64,000 nt of DNA from Longimicrobiales bacterium (lineage in GTDB: Bacteria > Gemmatimonadota > Gemmatimonadetes > Longimicrobiales > Gaopeijiaceae), in assembly GCA_965202985.1 (NCBI GenBank), contig CBDBCF010000001.1, positions 2,176,001 through 2,240,000 of the forward strand. Direction: 5' to 3'. A program made the position numbers and the translations under genes. Under the pieces are notes generated by a model. That model searched no databases. It worked only from the letters and a program-made list of their open reading frames with translations, and was not told where the DNA came from. Every line of letters starts with the position of its first letter. Position 1 is the first letter of the stretch. Positions 62,673-64,000 of this stretch are shown here, one piece after another.

Positions 62673-63845
62673 GTGACTTGGCAGACGGCGCTAGTCCTGT
62701 CCTTGGCGTGGTGGCTCGTGCCTCTCCTGGCGGCGCTTCGGGTTAGGCTCCCTCGTCCGCTGCCGCCGCCCGGCGCACGCGGAGACGGGGCGAACGGCGC
62801 CCGGCCGTTCGTTTCGGTCGTTGTGCCGGCGCGCAACGAGGCCAGGAACATCGAGCGCTGCGTTCGGTCGCTGGGCCAGTCCGACTACGACGACTTCGAG
62901 ATCGTCGTGGTGGACGACCAATCCAGCGACGGCACGGGGGAGTTGGCGCGCGGCGTCGGCCCCGGTCGCGCCCAATCGCTCCGCGTCGTCGAGGGCCAGC
63001 CGCTTCCGACCGGATGGACGGGCAAGCCGTGGGCGTGCCAGCAGGGCTTCCGCCAGGCGCGGGGCGACCTGCTGCTCTTCACCGACGCCGACACGTGGCA
63101 CGGACCCGAGCTGCTCGGGCGGGCTGTGGCGGGCCTGGAAGAAGACGACGCACACGTGCTCTCGGTGGTTGGTCGGCAGGAGATGGGCAGCTTCTGGGAA
63201 CGCGTGGCCCAGCCCTTCGTGCTCTTTCTGCTGGCTCAGATCTACGCGCATGCCCGGCGGCCCTTTCGGCGGAAGCGCTGGCGGTGGGCCATCGCCAACG
63301 GCCAGTTCCTGATGGTGCGCCGAGACGCGTACGAGGCCGCGGGCGGACACGAAGTAGTGAAGGACGAGGTGGTCGAGGACCTTCGCTACGCCCAAGCGAC
63401 GACCCGGGCCGGCCGCACGGTGAGCGTTCGATCCGCCCACGACTTCTCGGTTCGCATGTATCGGAGCCTGCAAGAGCTCGTGGCAGGTTGGTCAAAGTGC
63501 GTGGAAACGGGGTTCCGCGTGACGGTCGGGCGTGCCTGGGCGCCGTTCGGCGTAGCCGCCTGCGTTGCGTTCGTCGGGGCGCTCTGGACGGCGCCGCTGG
63601 GCGTCGTCGTGGTCGGGGCGGCGGCAGGACTCGGTCTTCCCGTGCTGGTCTGCGCCGGGTCGGCGTACTTGGCCGGCGTCTTCGTGTTCTCGCTGGTCGC
63701 GCGGTCCTTCGGGCTGTCCGCCGTGTTCGGACTTCTCCATCCGCTGGCGGCGATGGTGGCTTGCCGCATCATCCTTTCCGGCGCGGTCGGCGGCTCCAGG
63801 GTCCGTTGGAAGGACCGCGAGTACCGGGTTGCCAAGAAGGCCTGA
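62673..63845 (+). CDS. Glycosyltransferase family 2 membrane protein (carotenoid/hopanoid glycosyltransferase-like)
   Basis: VSVVVPARNE, VVDDQSSDGT, GWTGKPWAC, LFTDADT, ANGQFL, VEDL, RMY, VRWKDR. Confidence 0.9.
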   Translation: MTWQTALVLSLAWWLVPLLAALRVRLPRPLPPPGARGDGANGARPFVSVVVPARNEARNIERCVRSLGQSDYDDFEIVVVDDQSSDGTGELARGVGPGRAQSLRVVEGQPLPTGWTGKPWACQQGFRQARGDLLLFTDADTWHGPELLGRAVAGLEEDDAHVLSVVGRQEMGSFWERVAQPFVLFLLAQIYAHARRPFRRKRWRWAIANGQFLMVRRDAYEAAGGHEVVKDEVVEDLRYAQATTRAGRTVSVRSAHDFSVRMYRSLQELVAGWSKCVETGFRVTVGRAWAPFGVAACVAFVGALWTAPLGVVVVGAAAGLGLPVLVCAGSAYLAGVFVFSLVARSFGLSAVFGLLHPLAAMVACRIILSGAVGGSRVRWKDREYRVAKKA

Positions 63846-63864
63846 AGCGGGGCGGGACTAGGCT

Positions 63865-64000
63865 GTGGTCGACTTGACGCGGGCCGTCGCCGAGGCTCGG
63901 GCGCTGGGGTTCGAGGCCGCCGGCGTGGTAACGCGAAGCCGAAGCGGGCACGCGACCCACTACCGGCAATGGCTTGACGCGGGCCGTCACGGGGGCATGG
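63865..64000 (+). CDS. queG: Epoxyqueuosine reductase QueG, N-terminus (3'-truncated by window edge)
   Basis: GTG 63865: VVDLTRAVAEARALGFEAAGVV..HYRQWLDAGRHGGM, matching the QueG N-terminal pattern; absent from the ORF track. Confidence 0.75.
   Translation, partial: MVDLTRAVAEARALGFEAAGVVTRSRSGHATHYRQWLDAGRHGGM

Noticed and set aside
63873..63988. 16-bp direct repeat CTTGACGCGGGCCGTC, exactly 100 bp apart
   Set aside because: Both copies lie in the QueG-like coding start in different frames; only two copies and no array structure.

Overview
High-GC bacterial chromosomal window. The gene content (many lipoproteins, SusC/SusD, Ig-domain proteins, a bacilliredoxin) suggests Gemmatimonadota; this is inference only. 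Core genes: 3' part of a SUF operon (sufB-sufD-Rieske ferredoxin-sufS), acyl-CoA metabolism genes, an hcrCAB-like molybdoenzyme cluster, brx/doxX/K+ channel/msrA, a sodium:solute symporter with a GH2 beta-galactosidase, addAB, recF-dciA-gyrB, ssb, infA, tRNA-Asn and the start of queG. Accessory or decayed material: a low-GC remnant of a PD-(D/E)XK nuclease gene plus an AAA ATPase fragment (4.7-5.9 kb), an internally deleted beta-barrel gene (12.3 kb), a P-loop ATPase tail beside an orphan Cys-rich lipoprotein (26-27 kb), and an Eco29kI-family GIY-YIG restriction enzyme convergent with an HTH-fused SPPY methyltransferase (36.4-38.5 kb). Most unusual observations: an in-frame fusion of the Mo-cofactor subunit to a DUF1460 NlpC/P60 amidase lipoprotein; a trypsin domain apparently inserted inside an SdrD-B-like domain, coupled to gyrB and followed by susCD; a hendecad-repeat DUF1640 coiled coil; three unknown genes around an AT-rich region with repeated palindromic operators; and a CDS overlapping tRNA-Asn antisense. 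No CRISPR array, rRNA or intact transposase was seen. All family assignments come from motif recognition by eye; no searches were run.
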